In this document: in pieces, positions 1 through 9,040 of the stretch
Numbering within the stretch: position 1 is the first letter of the stretch
Layout: the number at the start of each line of letters is the position of its first letter
NCBI GenBank assembly: GCA_048940925.1
Contig: JBHLOC010000013.1
Span: 1-30,878 of the forward strand
Length of the DNA: 30,878 nucleotides
Direction of reading: 5' to 3'
Source: Promethearchaeota archaeon
Lineage (GTDB): Archaea > Asgardarchaeota > Lokiarchaeia > Sigyniarchaeales > SOKP01
Position numbers and translations under genes: made by a program
Notes under the pieces: generated by a model
What the model was told of the DNA's origin: nothing
The model's database searches: none
What the model saw: the letters and a program-made list of their open reading frames with translations, nothing else

Positions 1-197
1 TTGGATTAACTGATGTCTTACAGTTTAGACTGCAACCTTTTGGAATACCTCCACAACTTCTTCGTATGTTGCCATATTTTTTCACGCTTTTTTCAATGGT
101 ATCAATTTCTCTTTTCACTCTATCTAAACGTATGAAAAAATTTATAAAAGCCCCAGAAGCTTTAGGTATTCCTTACATACGTGGAGAAAAAAAATAG
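1..197 (+). CDS. ABC transporter permease (nucleoside/simple-sugar type), 3' partial
   Basis: Frame 3 is open from the window edge: GLTDVLQFRLQPFGIPPQLLRMLPYFFTLFSMVSISLF...KAPEALGIPYIRGEKK*, TAG at 195-197. The LPY and P.ALG.PY.R motifs are typical C-termini of BMP-associated permeases, and a BMP gene follows. Confidence 0.8.
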   Translation, partial: GLTDVLQFRLQPFGIPPQLLRMLPYFFTLFSMVSISLFTLSKRMKKFIKAPEALGIPYIRGEKK

Positions 198-358
198 TTC
201 CTCTTATACATTTAAGGATATTTAAATTTTGTTCAAGCTTTTTACTAAACGATTAATATAAATTTAAACCATAGTATGCAAAAGTCTTTTATATTTTAAG
301 TGAACTATTTTTCTTGTAAACAAAATCTAAATCTATAAAAACTAATTTAGATGATAAT

Positions 359-1588
359 ATGGCGGAAAAAAGTAAATATTTTTATCCAGGAATAGCATTA
401 ATTGTTGGACTTGTAATTGGAGGATTAACTGGTTATTTTTCAACCTCACTAATTTTAGGTCCTGGAGCAGGAGCAGAAAGAACCTTGAAAGCAGGATTCA
501 TATATGTAGGTCCTGTTGGAGATATTGGTTGGACATATGCACATGACTATGCAAGGCAAAAACTTGTAGATAAATTTGATTGGTTAAGGACCTCTTATGT
601 AGAAAGTGTTCCTGAGGGTGAAGTATTAAGTTATATTGATAATCTTATTGCTGCTGGTAGTGAAATAATATTCACAACTAGTTTTGGTTATATGGATGGT
701 ACATTAACGGCGTCAAATAATCATCCAGATAAATTATTCTTCCATTGCTCTGGTTATAAGCGCAATAAGAATATGGGGACATATTTTGCTGAATTCTATC
801 AATTATATTTTCTTGATGGAATAATGGCTGGAGCTCTTACACAAACAGATCATATTGGTTATGTTGCAGCTTTTCTAACACCAGAAGTAGTAAGGCATCT
901 AAATGCATATATTCTTGGTGCTAGATTGATTAATCCTAGTGTGACCTTACATGTGAGAGTTATTAGTAATTGGTATGATCCTGAAAAGGCAAGAAGCGCA
1001 GCACAGGCGATGGTCACTGGTGATAATGTTGATATTTTAGCCTTCACTGAAGATTCTTCAGCAATAGTAGAATATGCTCAAGAGCAATATGATGATGGCA
1101 ATAATATTTATGCTTTTGCTCACTATAGTCCTATGTTGCAATTTGGACCTGATGTTGCTATTAGTGGACAATTAGTTCATTGGGATGTTATTTATGAAGA
1201 TATTTTATCCAAAGTTTATGCTGGTGCTTATAATACAACCAATTTAGAAGATGTTGATTATTGGTGGATGTTAAAAGAAGGAGCTATTGAGCTAGGAGCT
1301 GATTTTGGAATACCAATAAATTCAAACTTTAAGGAGGATTTAAAAGCTATGCCTGCTGTAGATCCACTTACAGGTGATTCTACAAACGTATATGATTTAG
1401 TTTTAACTCTAAGAGATTATATGAGTACTGAGAGAGTTCTTTTTGAACCCTTTACTGGACCAATTTATTATCAAAATAATACTCTATGGTTACCTGCTGG
1501 CATTAGAGCCACATATGATGATTTATGGACAATGAATTTTTATATCAAAGGTGTAGATATGGCAGCTCCCTCAATAATAGAGGAATAA
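359..1588 (+). CDS. BMP family ABC transporter substrate-binding protein
   Basis: N-terminal membrane anchor, then GFIYVGPVGDIGWTYAHD, IIFTTSFGYMD, GIMAGALTQTDHIGYVAAF...PEVVRHLNAY and WYDP motifs. Confidence 0.9.
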   Translation: MAEKSKYFYPGIALIVGLVIGGLTGYFSTSLILGPGAGAERTLKAGFIYVGPVGDIGWTYAHDYARQKLVDKFDWLRTSYVESVPEGEVLSYIDNLIAAGSEIIFTTSFGYMDGTLTASNNHPDKLFFHCSGYKRNKNMGTYFAEFYQLYFLDGIMAGALTQTDHIGYVAAFLTPEVVRHLNAYILGARLINPSVTLHVRVISNWYDPEKARSAAQAMVTGDNVDILAFTEDSSAIVEYAQEQYDDGNNIYAFAHYSPMLQFGPDVAISGQLVHWDVIYEDILSKVYAGAYNTTNLEDVDYWWMLKEGAIELGADFGIPINSNFKEDLKAMPAVDPLTGDSTNVYDLVLTLRDYMSTERVLFEPFTGPIYYQNNTLWLPAGIRATYDDLWTMNFYIKGVDMAAPSIIEE

Positions 1589-1604
1589 TTCCCTTAAATC
1601 CCAC

Positions 1605-1622
1605 TTTTTTTTTCTTTATTTA
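1605..1622 (+). terminator. oligo-T terminator after the BMP gene
   Basis: A T9 run and further T-rich sequence about 16 nt after the stop, facing the convergent yjbQ. Confidence 0.55.
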
Positions 1623-1756
1623 CTATAATTAAAATCTCTTTTTAGAGATCGATATAATAATAATTATCTTAACGCTTTTATAGATTTGCCTCCCGTTATC
1701 TAAAGATGAGTGAGATATCCAGAGAACCACATTCAAAAGAAGTGTTTACAAATAAT

Positions 1757-2164
1757 TTATTCTTTTCCTTGAATTTGTACATAAATTCTTCGATTTCGAG
1801 GTCCATCAAATTCCGCCAACATTATTCCTTGCCAAGTACCTAATATTAGCCTCCCATCATGAATTAAAATTTCTATTGATGGGCCTGTTAAAGATGACTT
1901 AATATGAGCATCTGAATTTCCTTCTCTATGAGAAAATCCTGCACTTTTTGGAATAAGTTTTCCTAGATAATTAATAATATCTTTCATAACTGCGGGATCA
2001 GCATTTTCATTAATTGTTATACCCGCAGTAGTGTGTGGGACGAATATTCGACATACACCTTCCCTTATATCTGATTTTTTCACGACTTGACTAATTTCAT
2101 TAGTAATGTTAACAAGCACTTCCCTGCTTGGTGTTCTAACTCTTAATTCATTAAAGCTTATCAT
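1757..2164 (-). CDS. yjbQ: YjbQ/UPF0047 family protein (secondary thiamine-phosphate synthase family)
   Basis: FVPHTTAGITINENADP, HREGNSDAHIKSSL and LGTWQGI...EFDGPRNR signature motifs. Confidence 0.92.
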   Translation of the reverse strand: MISFNELRVRTPSREVLVNITNEISQVVKKSDIREGVCRIFVPHTTAGITINENADPAVMKDIINYLGKLIPKSAGFSHREGNSDAHIKSSLTGPSIEILIHDGRLILGTWQGIMLAEFDGPRNRRIYVQIQGKE

Positions 2165-2217
2165 TTTACCACCCCATCATTTATTCAATAATAAACTTAT
2201 TAATTAGTCTTTACAAC

Positions 2218-2979
2218 TTAAAATTTTCCATGTTTACCTTTTCCTTTTACAAATTCTCTGCTTCCCTCTAAATACTCTCCACTTTGTAGAGTATTTAAGC
2301 CATAATTTAACTCATTTTTCAATGCTTTTTCTAAATCTAATCCATATTGATTATATGTAGATAATCGATCATTATTTAAGCAAACTTGAGGAAAAGCAGC
2401 AATTTTTAAGGCTAATTTCTCAGCTTCAATTCTTGATTGACCTACTTCAACAATATAGTTTGCTAAACCCCAATCGTAAGCTTCTTCAGCGTTAACAGGA
2501 TGTCCTGTGAGAATCATTTCTAAAGCTCGGCTTAATCCTATGATTCGTGGCAGCCTCACAGTTCCTCCATCAATAAGAGGAACTCCAAATCTCCTGTTAA
2601 AGACTCCAAATATAGCATTTTTCTCAACTACACGTAGATCGCACCATAGCGCAAGTTCAAGTCCGCCAGCGACAGCATAGCCTGCCACAGCGGCAATTAC
2701 TGGTTTTGATAATAACATTCTACTTGGTCCCATTGGTGCATCCCCTTCCTCATTAATTCGGTTTCCATTACCCTCTTCTATAGCCTTTAAATTAGCACCG
2801 GAGCAGAAAGTACCATTAGCGCCCCATAATACACCAATTAATGCCTCTTCATCTTGTTCAAAATCCCTAAATGCATTTGCTAATTGTTCAGCAGATATTC
2901 TATCTATTGCGTTTTTTACTTCTCGATTGTCAATTATTATTGTCCAAACAGGATAATTTTTTTCAACTCTAATTACCAT
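2218..2979 (-). CDS. enoyl-CoA hydratase/isomerase (crotonase) family protein
   Basis: FCSGANLK oxyanion loop, KPVIAAVAGYAVAGGLELALWCD, RRFGVPLIDGGTVRLPR. Confidence 0.92.
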   Translation of the reverse strand: MVIRVEKNYPVWTIIIDNREVKNAIDRISAEQLANAFRDFEQDEEALIGVLWGANGTFCSGANLKAIEEGNGNRINEEGDAPMGPSRMLLSKPVIAAVAGYAVAGGLELALWCDLRVVEKNAIFGVFNRRFGVPLIDGGTVRLPRIIGLSRALEMILTGHPVNAEEAYDWGLANYIVEVGQSRIEAEKLALKIAAFPQVCLNNDRLSTYNQYGLDLEKALKNELNYGLNTLQSGEYLEGSREFVKGKGKHGKF

Positions 2980-3053
2980 AAAAAAAAGTAGTGATTAAAT
3001 TACAAATAAATATTCACATTTAAAATTTCAAATAAAATAAAAAAAAGAAATTA

Positions 3054-4139
3054 TTATTGATTTACTAAATATTCATTCATTTCCATAAAGCTGCTTGTTC
3101 TAATCAGAGCTGCTTTAAGAAATTGGAACCCAATATCATATGTAGAACCATCTCCGCCAATATGAATAACCCATGGAATTTCATTAGTATATAAACCCTT
3201 TGTTTTCATTATTTTCTTTGCAGTTATTATTCCATCTGCTACTGTGGCACCAGATTCAAATAGGTGATGTACCCAAGGGACATTCCAGGAGGTTACATTA
3301 TCTTTTGAAGTTGATACTTCAGAACAGCTTGTATTATTTATATAAATAATATTATTCCCCGCCACAGCAGTTGCAGCAGTAGCCATTTGATTTAACACCA
3401 TACCTGCTCCACATCCAGGGCAGAGACCATGTCCTGGCTGCAGATGAGTTTGTGGCTCTAATTTTTTACGATTTATACGATAAATTTCAACTGGTTTTTC
3501 GGCACCAAAATTATCTATTAACATCTTTAACTTCTTATTTCTCTGCTCTGTTAAGTATATAATTTCGTCGATTTGCTTTTCCATAAATTTAGGTCTAAAT
3601 AAATGTCTAAATTTTCCCATAGACTTTAGGTATTCTACAAATTTTTCTTTATCAATATCTAATCCCCGATAATATGTAAAAACAGGAATTCCATCTTTCA
3701 CTCTTATAGTATATAACGGCCAATAACCGCAATCTGTTGCCAATTTTGAAATTTTAAGTGCATCCGCGGCTCCATGCCTCCATCCTCTCATACAATCTGA
3801 GTATGCTTGAATAAAAGCGGAGCCATTTGATTTGAGAGCATCCATCATTTTTCCCATAAAATCATTAGGATACGCTGGATTAACTGTAGCTAGGAAAAGT
3901 TTTTTAGTACCATAAAACGCAAATGGTGTAACTAAATCTTGTTTTACTCCAATCTTTCCAGGTATTTTTTCACCTGCGGGACCTGTTGTAGTGGATGCAT
4001 AGGGCGGTGTTCCTCCACTTTCCTGAATCCCAGTATTCATAAATGCTTCATTATCATAATTAAAGAACAATACATTACATTTTTCGTCTCTAGCTAGAAT
4101 ATCTTCAAAATTTATTATATTTCTTTCTGGTCTTGACAT
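3054..4139 (-). CDS. porB: pyruvate/2-oxoacid:ferredoxin oxidoreductase beta subunit, circularly permuted
   Basis: All PorB motifs are present with the halves swapped: YDNEAFMNTGIQ (aa 28-39), SDCMRGW, YWPLY and GKFRHLF come first, then PGHGLCPGCG (aa 235-244), TSCSEV, VPWVH and GGDGSTYDIGFQ (aa 328-339). ATG is 3 nt after the porA stop, with GGTGA 7 nt upstream. Confidence 0.88.
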   Translation of the reverse strand: MSRPERNIINFEDILARDEKCNVLFFNYDNEAFMNTGIQESGGTPPYASTTTGPAGEKIPGKIGVKQDLVTPFAFYGTKKLFLATVNPAYPNDFMGKMMDALKSNGSAFIQAYSDCMRGWRHGAADALKISKLATDCGYWPLYTIRVKDGIPVFTYYRGLDIDKEKFVEYLKSMGKFRHLFRPKFMEKQIDEIIYLTEQRNKKLKMLIDNFGAEKPVEIYRINRKKLEPQTHLQPGHGLCPGCGAGMVLNQMATAATAVAGNNIIYINNTSCSEVSTSKDNVTSWNVPWVHHLFESGATVADGIITAKKIMKTKGLYTNEIPWVIHIGGDGSTYDIGFQFLKAALIRTSSFMEMNEYLVNQ

Positions 4140-4142
4140 ATT

Positions 4143-5372
4143 TTATTCACCAACCTCGTAAATTTTTTCTTTAGTTTCTCTTACACCGAGATACATATAA
4201 AGTGGACCTTTCATGTCAGTTATTAAACTCATTTTCTTTTTTGCAATATCAAATTCATCTCTTGTTACATCACGGCCTCCCAAACCCACAATAAAGCTCC
4301 TAAAGATTGTTCCAAGCGGATAGAGTGCAGTAGCAACTGACATTGAAAAAGGAGGTAACATTCCATTCAAAGAGTCACTTTTTTCTAATAAGATTAATTT
4401 TTCTAAGTTGTGCTCTTCAACAATTCTTCTTAATTCTTCAAAAGGAAATGGTCTGAAGGCTCTTATTTTAATTAAACCAATATCTTTGTTTTTTGTCATC
4501 CAGCTTATTATATTTCCACACATGGATCCCATAGTACAAATGGCAGTTTTAGAGGAATTATCTAAATTATAAGTTTCAATAAGATTATATTTTCTCTCTG
4601 TCTCATCTTTAAATCTTTTAAATACTTCAGTCATTTGCCCTAATACAGGTTCTTTTGCTTTATCTAAGTTTGCCCTACCTTCCATAAAATATGAGGGAGT
4701 AACAATCCCGCCCCATGTTCCTGGTTTTGAAGGATCAATTGTAGCTCTAGGTTTTTTAGGAGTCATTCTTCTTACAGCTTCGTCAGGGATTAACGTTAAT
4801 TTCTGAACAGAATGAGAGATTATAAATCCATCATGAACAAAAATCGTTGGAAATAATGAATCTTCTGCAATCATTACTGAAAGAATAGCAGCATCATAAG
4901 TTTCTTGCACATTTTCAGATACAATAATGTTCCATCCGAGTTCAGAATTAACTTGGGTATATTCCCATGAATTCCAGATTGATAAATTTGGAGAGTTAAA
5001 AGCTCTTGCTGAAATCATCATAGTCAATGGCAATCTCCATCCCACCGCCATGGGTAATGCTTCTGTCATTAGTAGATATCCTTGACTTGCCGTAGCTGTA
5101 AAAGCTCTTGCTCCTGCGGCACAAGCTGCGGTAGAAAAACTTATTGCTGCTAATTCAGACTCAACATTAACAAATGCAGCTTTTAGTCTACCCTGATGGA
5201 CTACATCAGATAATCCCTCAACAGATTGTGTTTGTGGAGTAATAGGGAACGCACAAATTACATCAGGATCTGTCTGAGTTACCCCACCAGCAACTGCATA
5301 ATTTCCTATCATTGTAGTTGTTATAGGTTCTTTTATTTCTTTAAAAAAGATCCTCATTGGTTCAACACTCAT
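4143..5372 (-). CDS. porA: pyruvate/2-oxoacid:ferredoxin oxidoreductase alpha subunit
   Basis: FPITPQT, VESELAA, RAFTATASQG, DGFIISH, RAFRPFP, GLGGRD; position within the operon. Confidence 0.92.
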   Translation of the reverse strand: MSVEPMRIFFKEIKEPITTTMIGNYAVAGGVTQTDPDVICAFPITPQTQSVEGLSDVVHQGRLKAAFVNVESELAAISFSTAACAAGARAFTATASQGYLLMTEALPMAVGWRLPLTMMISARAFNSPNLSIWNSWEYTQVNSELGWNIIVSENVQETYDAAILSVMIAEDSLFPTIFVHDGFIISHSVQKLTLIPDEAVRRMTPKKPRATIDPSKPGTWGGIVTPSYFMEGRANLDKAKEPVLGQMTEVFKRFKDETERKYNLIETYNLDNSSKTAICTMGSMCGNIISWMTKNKDIGLIKIRAFRPFPFEELRRIVEEHNLEKLILLEKSDSLNGMLPPFSMSVATALYPLGTIFRSFIVGLGGRDVTRDEFDIAKKKMSLITDMKGPLYMYLGVRETKEKIYEVGE

Positions 5373-5387
5373 TTTTATCCACCTCCA

Positions 5388-6371
5388 TCACTCTGGTGCG
5401 GCGCATGAAGCCGGACCTTGTTTTAATCTTTTACTAATCGCTTCAACTGGACAAACTTCAAGACAATTCTGACATGATTTGCAATGAGCCATATCAATGC
5501 CTATCATATGCCATAATCCATCTTCACCTTTTTCTCTCATTATCGCAAAATCAGGACAAATATACCAACATTGAGCACAATCTGTACACTTTTCCTCGTC
5601 CCAAATCATATCCCATTCTCCCCAAGAACCTGTATTTACTTGATTGCTACCTATTTCAATCACATCTTCATCACAGTACCACACACCCCTATCATCCACT
5701 TCTTTAAAGCCTGGTAGGCCAGGATATACTTGTTGCCAAGGAATTTTTGTGTCAACTGTGAAATCAGGATCAAGTCCAATGTCATATACACATGTTTCTT
5801 CCATCGCTTGTTTGATAGCCGTGACATTTTTTCCTGCTATTTCTCCTTTAAAACGTCTCATAATAGCATCTGCCAAAGCATCTATTGTAAATATCGGTCC
5901 AATCCTAAGAAGAGCACCAAGAATAATTGTATTTGTTATGTTTCTGCCTAATACTTCCAAAGCGATTCTAGTGGCATCAATAGTAGCTACATTAATATCA
6001 TTTCTCCCCACAATATTTTGAATATCTGCTTGATTTAAAGTAGTATTAACTACTAACCATCCTCCCTTTGCTAAACCTGCAGTTACATTGATTTCGCCTA
6101 GGAGAGAAGGATCTAATACACAAACAAAATGAGGACCATATACTTGTTCGTTTGATCTAACAAGATCATCATTTGCACTAAGTCTTACATAGCTCTCAGT
6201 GGGAGAACCCATTCTTTCAGCTCCAAAAAGAGGTTGGCATACCCCATAGCCATAGAAGGCTTCAACACATAAATTGGAGGCTGTCACACCTCCTTGTCCT
6301 CCACGTGCATGAAATCTTAAATTTACTACATGATCTTTCAGAATATCTTTTAGTTTTTCTTGAGTCAACAT
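5388..6371 (-). CDS. porC: pyruvate/2-oxoacid:ferredoxin oxidoreductase gamma subunit fused to delta (2x[4Fe-4S] ferredoxin)
   Basis: N-terminal RFHARGGQGGVTA, FGAERMGSP and NTIILGA (gamma); C-terminal TGSW, CTDCAQCWYICP and CKSCQNCLEVCP (delta). Confidence 0.9.
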   Translation of the reverse strand: MLTQEKLKDILKDHVVNLRFHARGGQGGVTASNLCVEAFYGYGVCQPLFGAERMGSPTESYVRLSANDDLVRSNEQVYGPHFVCVLDPSLLGEINVTAGLAKGGWLVVNTTLNQADIQNIVGRNDINVATIDATRIALEVLGRNITNTIILGALLRIGPIFTIDALADAIMRRFKGEIAGKNVTAIKQAMEETCVYDIGLDPDFTVDTKIPWQQVYPGLPGFKEVDDRGVWYCDEDVIEIGSNQVNTGSWGEWDMIWDEEKCTDCAQCWYICPDFAIMREKGEDGLWHMIGIDMAHCKSCQNCLEVCPVEAISKRLKQGPASCAAPE

Positions 6372-6445
6372 TTTTCTTTCAATTTTATAATTTTTTTGCT
6401 TTTCAAATGATTTCTATGAAATAAATCTTAAGATTAAATTTAAGT

Positions 6446-6466
6446 TTTATAGATTAAATCTATAAA
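6446..6466. promoter_or_regulatory. perfect inverted repeat upstream of the por operon, containing a TATA-like TTTATA
   Basis: TTTATAGATT-A-AATCTATAAA, 75-95 nt upstream of the porC start; a second palindrome AATCTTAAGATT lies at 6424-6435. Confidence 0.4.
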
Positions 6467-6520
6467 TTTAATAAGAATTTTCTTAATTAAAAATAAAAGG
6501 GCAATAAAAACACAAGATTT

Positions 6521-7768
6521 TCAATTGAATTCATTATTTAACTTCTCAATAACATCTATGCATAGAAGTAAAACATTTTTTATTCCTTCCTTCGATATTA
6601 AATTTATATTGTCTTTATTTGTGTGCACATATTTCAAACCAGGTTGAGAGCCAATCCAACATGCTTCAAATCCTTCATGTACAACAGGCATATAATCAGA
6701 CCACGCTCCAGTAGGAAGATAAATATCTTTAATGCTGATTTTTAATTTTTTTGCACTCTGCAAAAAAAGTTTTGCTAATTTCTTTGAGGTGGTTTTGCGA
6801 GGTATTCCATAAGATGTAATTAATCTAATTAACTCTTTTCCGCCAACTAAATCAAAATTAATAAAATAAGTTGAATTTCTATCAAAATTTTTTTTATACT
6901 TTTGGATAAAATGCTTTGCGCCTCCTAAATTCAATTCTTCTGAACTAGTGCATAAAAAAATGAAATCAAGATTATCAACAGGATTATTTTTATAAAATCG
7001 AGCAAGTTCAATAACAGTACCTACAGCAGTAGCATTATCAAAAGCTCCAGGAGAATCATTAGCTGTTTTGTTAAAATAATTTAAGCATCCTATTATAACA
7101 ATAACTATACTCATTACTAATAATATATGATTTAATAAGAGAACATCAAAAGAAATGAGGATTTTCACTATACTGAGAATTAAATACGTAATATATAATC
7201 CTAAACATCCAAACGTAAATATCATGAATATGAGAATTCTGATTGATGATGGGAATGTTTGTGATTTAGAATCCCAGTGAGCAATGAATATGACTTTTGC
7301 TTTTGAATTATTACTTTTTGAATCGACAAATATATTTTCAGTTTCATAGTTTTTCTGTTCATTTTTTAGTAATTTGATTTCACTAGTAGTTGCTAAGCTC
7401 AGTACTTTATACGCAATAAAGAAACCTAAACAAATACAACCGATTGTAATGAAGGGATTGATATAGAAGGTTAACGCTGAAAAAAATAAACAAAAACCAA
7501 TAGGAAAAAAAGCATATCGTAAAACAATCCAGTTATAAAATGAAGTTTTGAATTTATCTTGATTCACAATGTTGAATCCTGCCTTATTAAATTCGTCTAA
7601 TACAATTTGATTGGCTCTTTTTTCTCCTTCTGATCCAACTAAGCGTGGGAATGCGAGTTTTTCTGCTATTGCATATACATTTTCTTGATTAATTGTCATC
7701 TGATGATCCTTTTGATTTATTTGTTTTCTATCTAAATTATCTTTTTCTGGTTTTACATCCATAATCAT
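6521..7768 (-). CDS. membrane-embedded M28 family Zn-peptidase
   Basis: PRLVGSEGE, AHWDSK, PGAFDNATAV, SSEELNLGG, NFDLVG, WSDY and HTNKD; two pairs of hydrophobic helices interrupt the catalytic domain. Confidence 0.85.
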   Translation of the reverse strand: MIMDVKPEKDNLDRKQINQKDHQMTINQENVYAIAEKLAFPRLVGSEGEKRANQIVLDEFNKAGFNIVNQDKFKTSFYNWIVLRYAFFPIGFCLFFSALTFYINPFITIGCICLGFFIAYKVLSLATTSEIKLLKNEQKNYETENIFVDSKSNNSKAKVIFIAHWDSKSQTFPSSIRILIFMIFTFGCLGLYITYLILSIVKILISFDVLLLNHILLVMSIVIVIIGCLNYFNKTANDSPGAFDNATAVGTVIELARFYKNNPVDNLDFIFLCTSSEELNLGGAKHFIQKYKKNFDRNSTYFINFDLVGGKELIRLITSYGIPRKTTSKKLAKLFLQSAKKLKISIKDIYLPTGAWSDYMPVVHEGFEACWIGSQPGLKYVHTNKDNINLISKEGIKNVLLLCIDVIEKLNNEFN

Positions 7769-7896
7769 ACCATTATATCATTTAAGAAATATTTAAACCA
7801 CTCGATTGGAAGTAAATTTTTCACTCTTTCCACAAATCCTATAAATGTTATTACTCCTAAATTAGAAATTATCATTGAAATATAATCTGCAGCTGT
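7765..7896 (-). pseudogene. diverged duplicate of the 3' end (43 codons plus stop) of the eIF-2B-family gene at 11134-12093
   Basis: TAADYISMIISNLGVITFIGFVERVKNLLPIEWFKYFLNDIMV* aligns without gaps to TPQNYITGIISDLGILSIKEFLEKVKKSLPIEWFKYFLNDKGL* (24/43 aa and about 91/132 nt identical by hand count). Its TGA overlaps the M28 ATG (ATGA). An in-frame ATG at 7911 would give a 48-aa ORF. Confidence 0.8.
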
Positions 7897-8188
7897 ATCC
7901 GGTCTTACCATATCCCTACCTTCAATACCTCCCTTAAAGAAGGAGGAAAAGTATCCTTCGCCAGAGCCCCGATGATATCAAAATCGTTGTGGTCAGTGGT
8001 ATTTTGGCAAAATCCTGATATTCAGCTATGAAGGACCAAAATGGGCGCTTCAGACTAAGAAAAATCATAAAAAAGATGTAGACATGGAAGAAAAATTGAA
8101 AGCAATAATAGATAATTGGTGATGAGTTGTTCTAGATTGTTATCCATAACCTCAATTAATTTTTCTCTCATTTTTTTCTCTGTGAATT

Positions 8189-9031
8189 TTAATTACTCCA
8201 ACCATGGGTAGCATTAAGAGGGGCGTTAGTCATAAAAGCATTAATATCTCGGATCAAACCATCTTCAATTTTAAAGATCTCATGGAGCAATAAACACCGT
8301 GGTTTGGTACGCAATTCATGTTGTACAGAATCTTCGGGTAATTGTCTATCTTTTACATTAGTCCCTGGTATGTCAAAAATAACTATCCCCCAAACTAGGC
8401 TTCTATTGATATCTACAATAGGATATCGTCGCTCCCGAACCTTCTTTATATAGTCCATGTGATAAAGTCCGGCTTGTGTGCTGAAATTTAGTAAATCGGG
8501 GTTATTCGTTGTTTTAATACCATTTTCTTTACGTTGACAATCTGGATGAAACATGACAATGGATCCATCCGATTTCTCAATCCCTTCAAAATAACTGTCC
8601 GCAATACTAATAAGTTCCTCTCGTGTCAATCGATCAGATTCTGGGATTGGCGCGTCCCAAAGTGGATTGTTTCGTACTGTATCCGGACTGAATAAGGGAT
8701 GACATCCTTTTCTCGAGAGCAAGGTTTCGATTTCTGAAATCCGATCGTCTATGATTTTTAGGCGGAGTACAAACAGGGCTTTCTCACCACCTTTCTCTTC
8801 TAAGACACCCCAAAAACCTGCCTGATTTTCTGAAGCATCTACAAAAGATTTACGTAAAACTATGGTTCGAACCGTTCGCCATATCCCTTCACCTAAAATT
8901 AATGGAGCACCATTTTCAGTAGCCTTATAATTATCAGTCAACTTTATCCGAGTGTGATCGTGGACTAAGAGCGCTTCGAGATAGTCATTGACGAATTGTA
9001 AGAGGTCTTTTCTTTTGTATTTGATATTCAT
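8189..9031 (-). CDS. conserved hypothetical protein, probably two NTF2/SnoaL-like repeats
   Basis: Internal two-fold pattern: DYLEAL...ATENG...LKIIDDRISEIE versus SYFEGI...RKENG...FKIEDGLIRDIN. AAGGAGA RBS overlaps the upstream stop. The fold assignment is inference. Confidence 0.7.
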   Translation of the reverse strand: MNIKYKRKDLLQFVNDYLEALLVHDHTRIKLTDNYKATENGAPLILGEGIWRTVRTIVLRKSFVDASENQAGFWGVLEEKGGEKALFVLRLKIIDDRISEIETLLSRKGCHPLFSPDTVRNNPLWDAPIPESDRLTREELISIADSYFEGIEKSDGSIVMFHPDCQRKENGIKTTNNPDLLNFSTQAGLYHMDYIKKVRERRYPIVDINRSLVWGIVIFDIPGTNVKDRQLPEDSVQHELRTKPRCLLLHEIFKIEDGLIRDINAFMTNAPLNATHGWSN

Positions 9032-9040
9032 ACAATCTCC

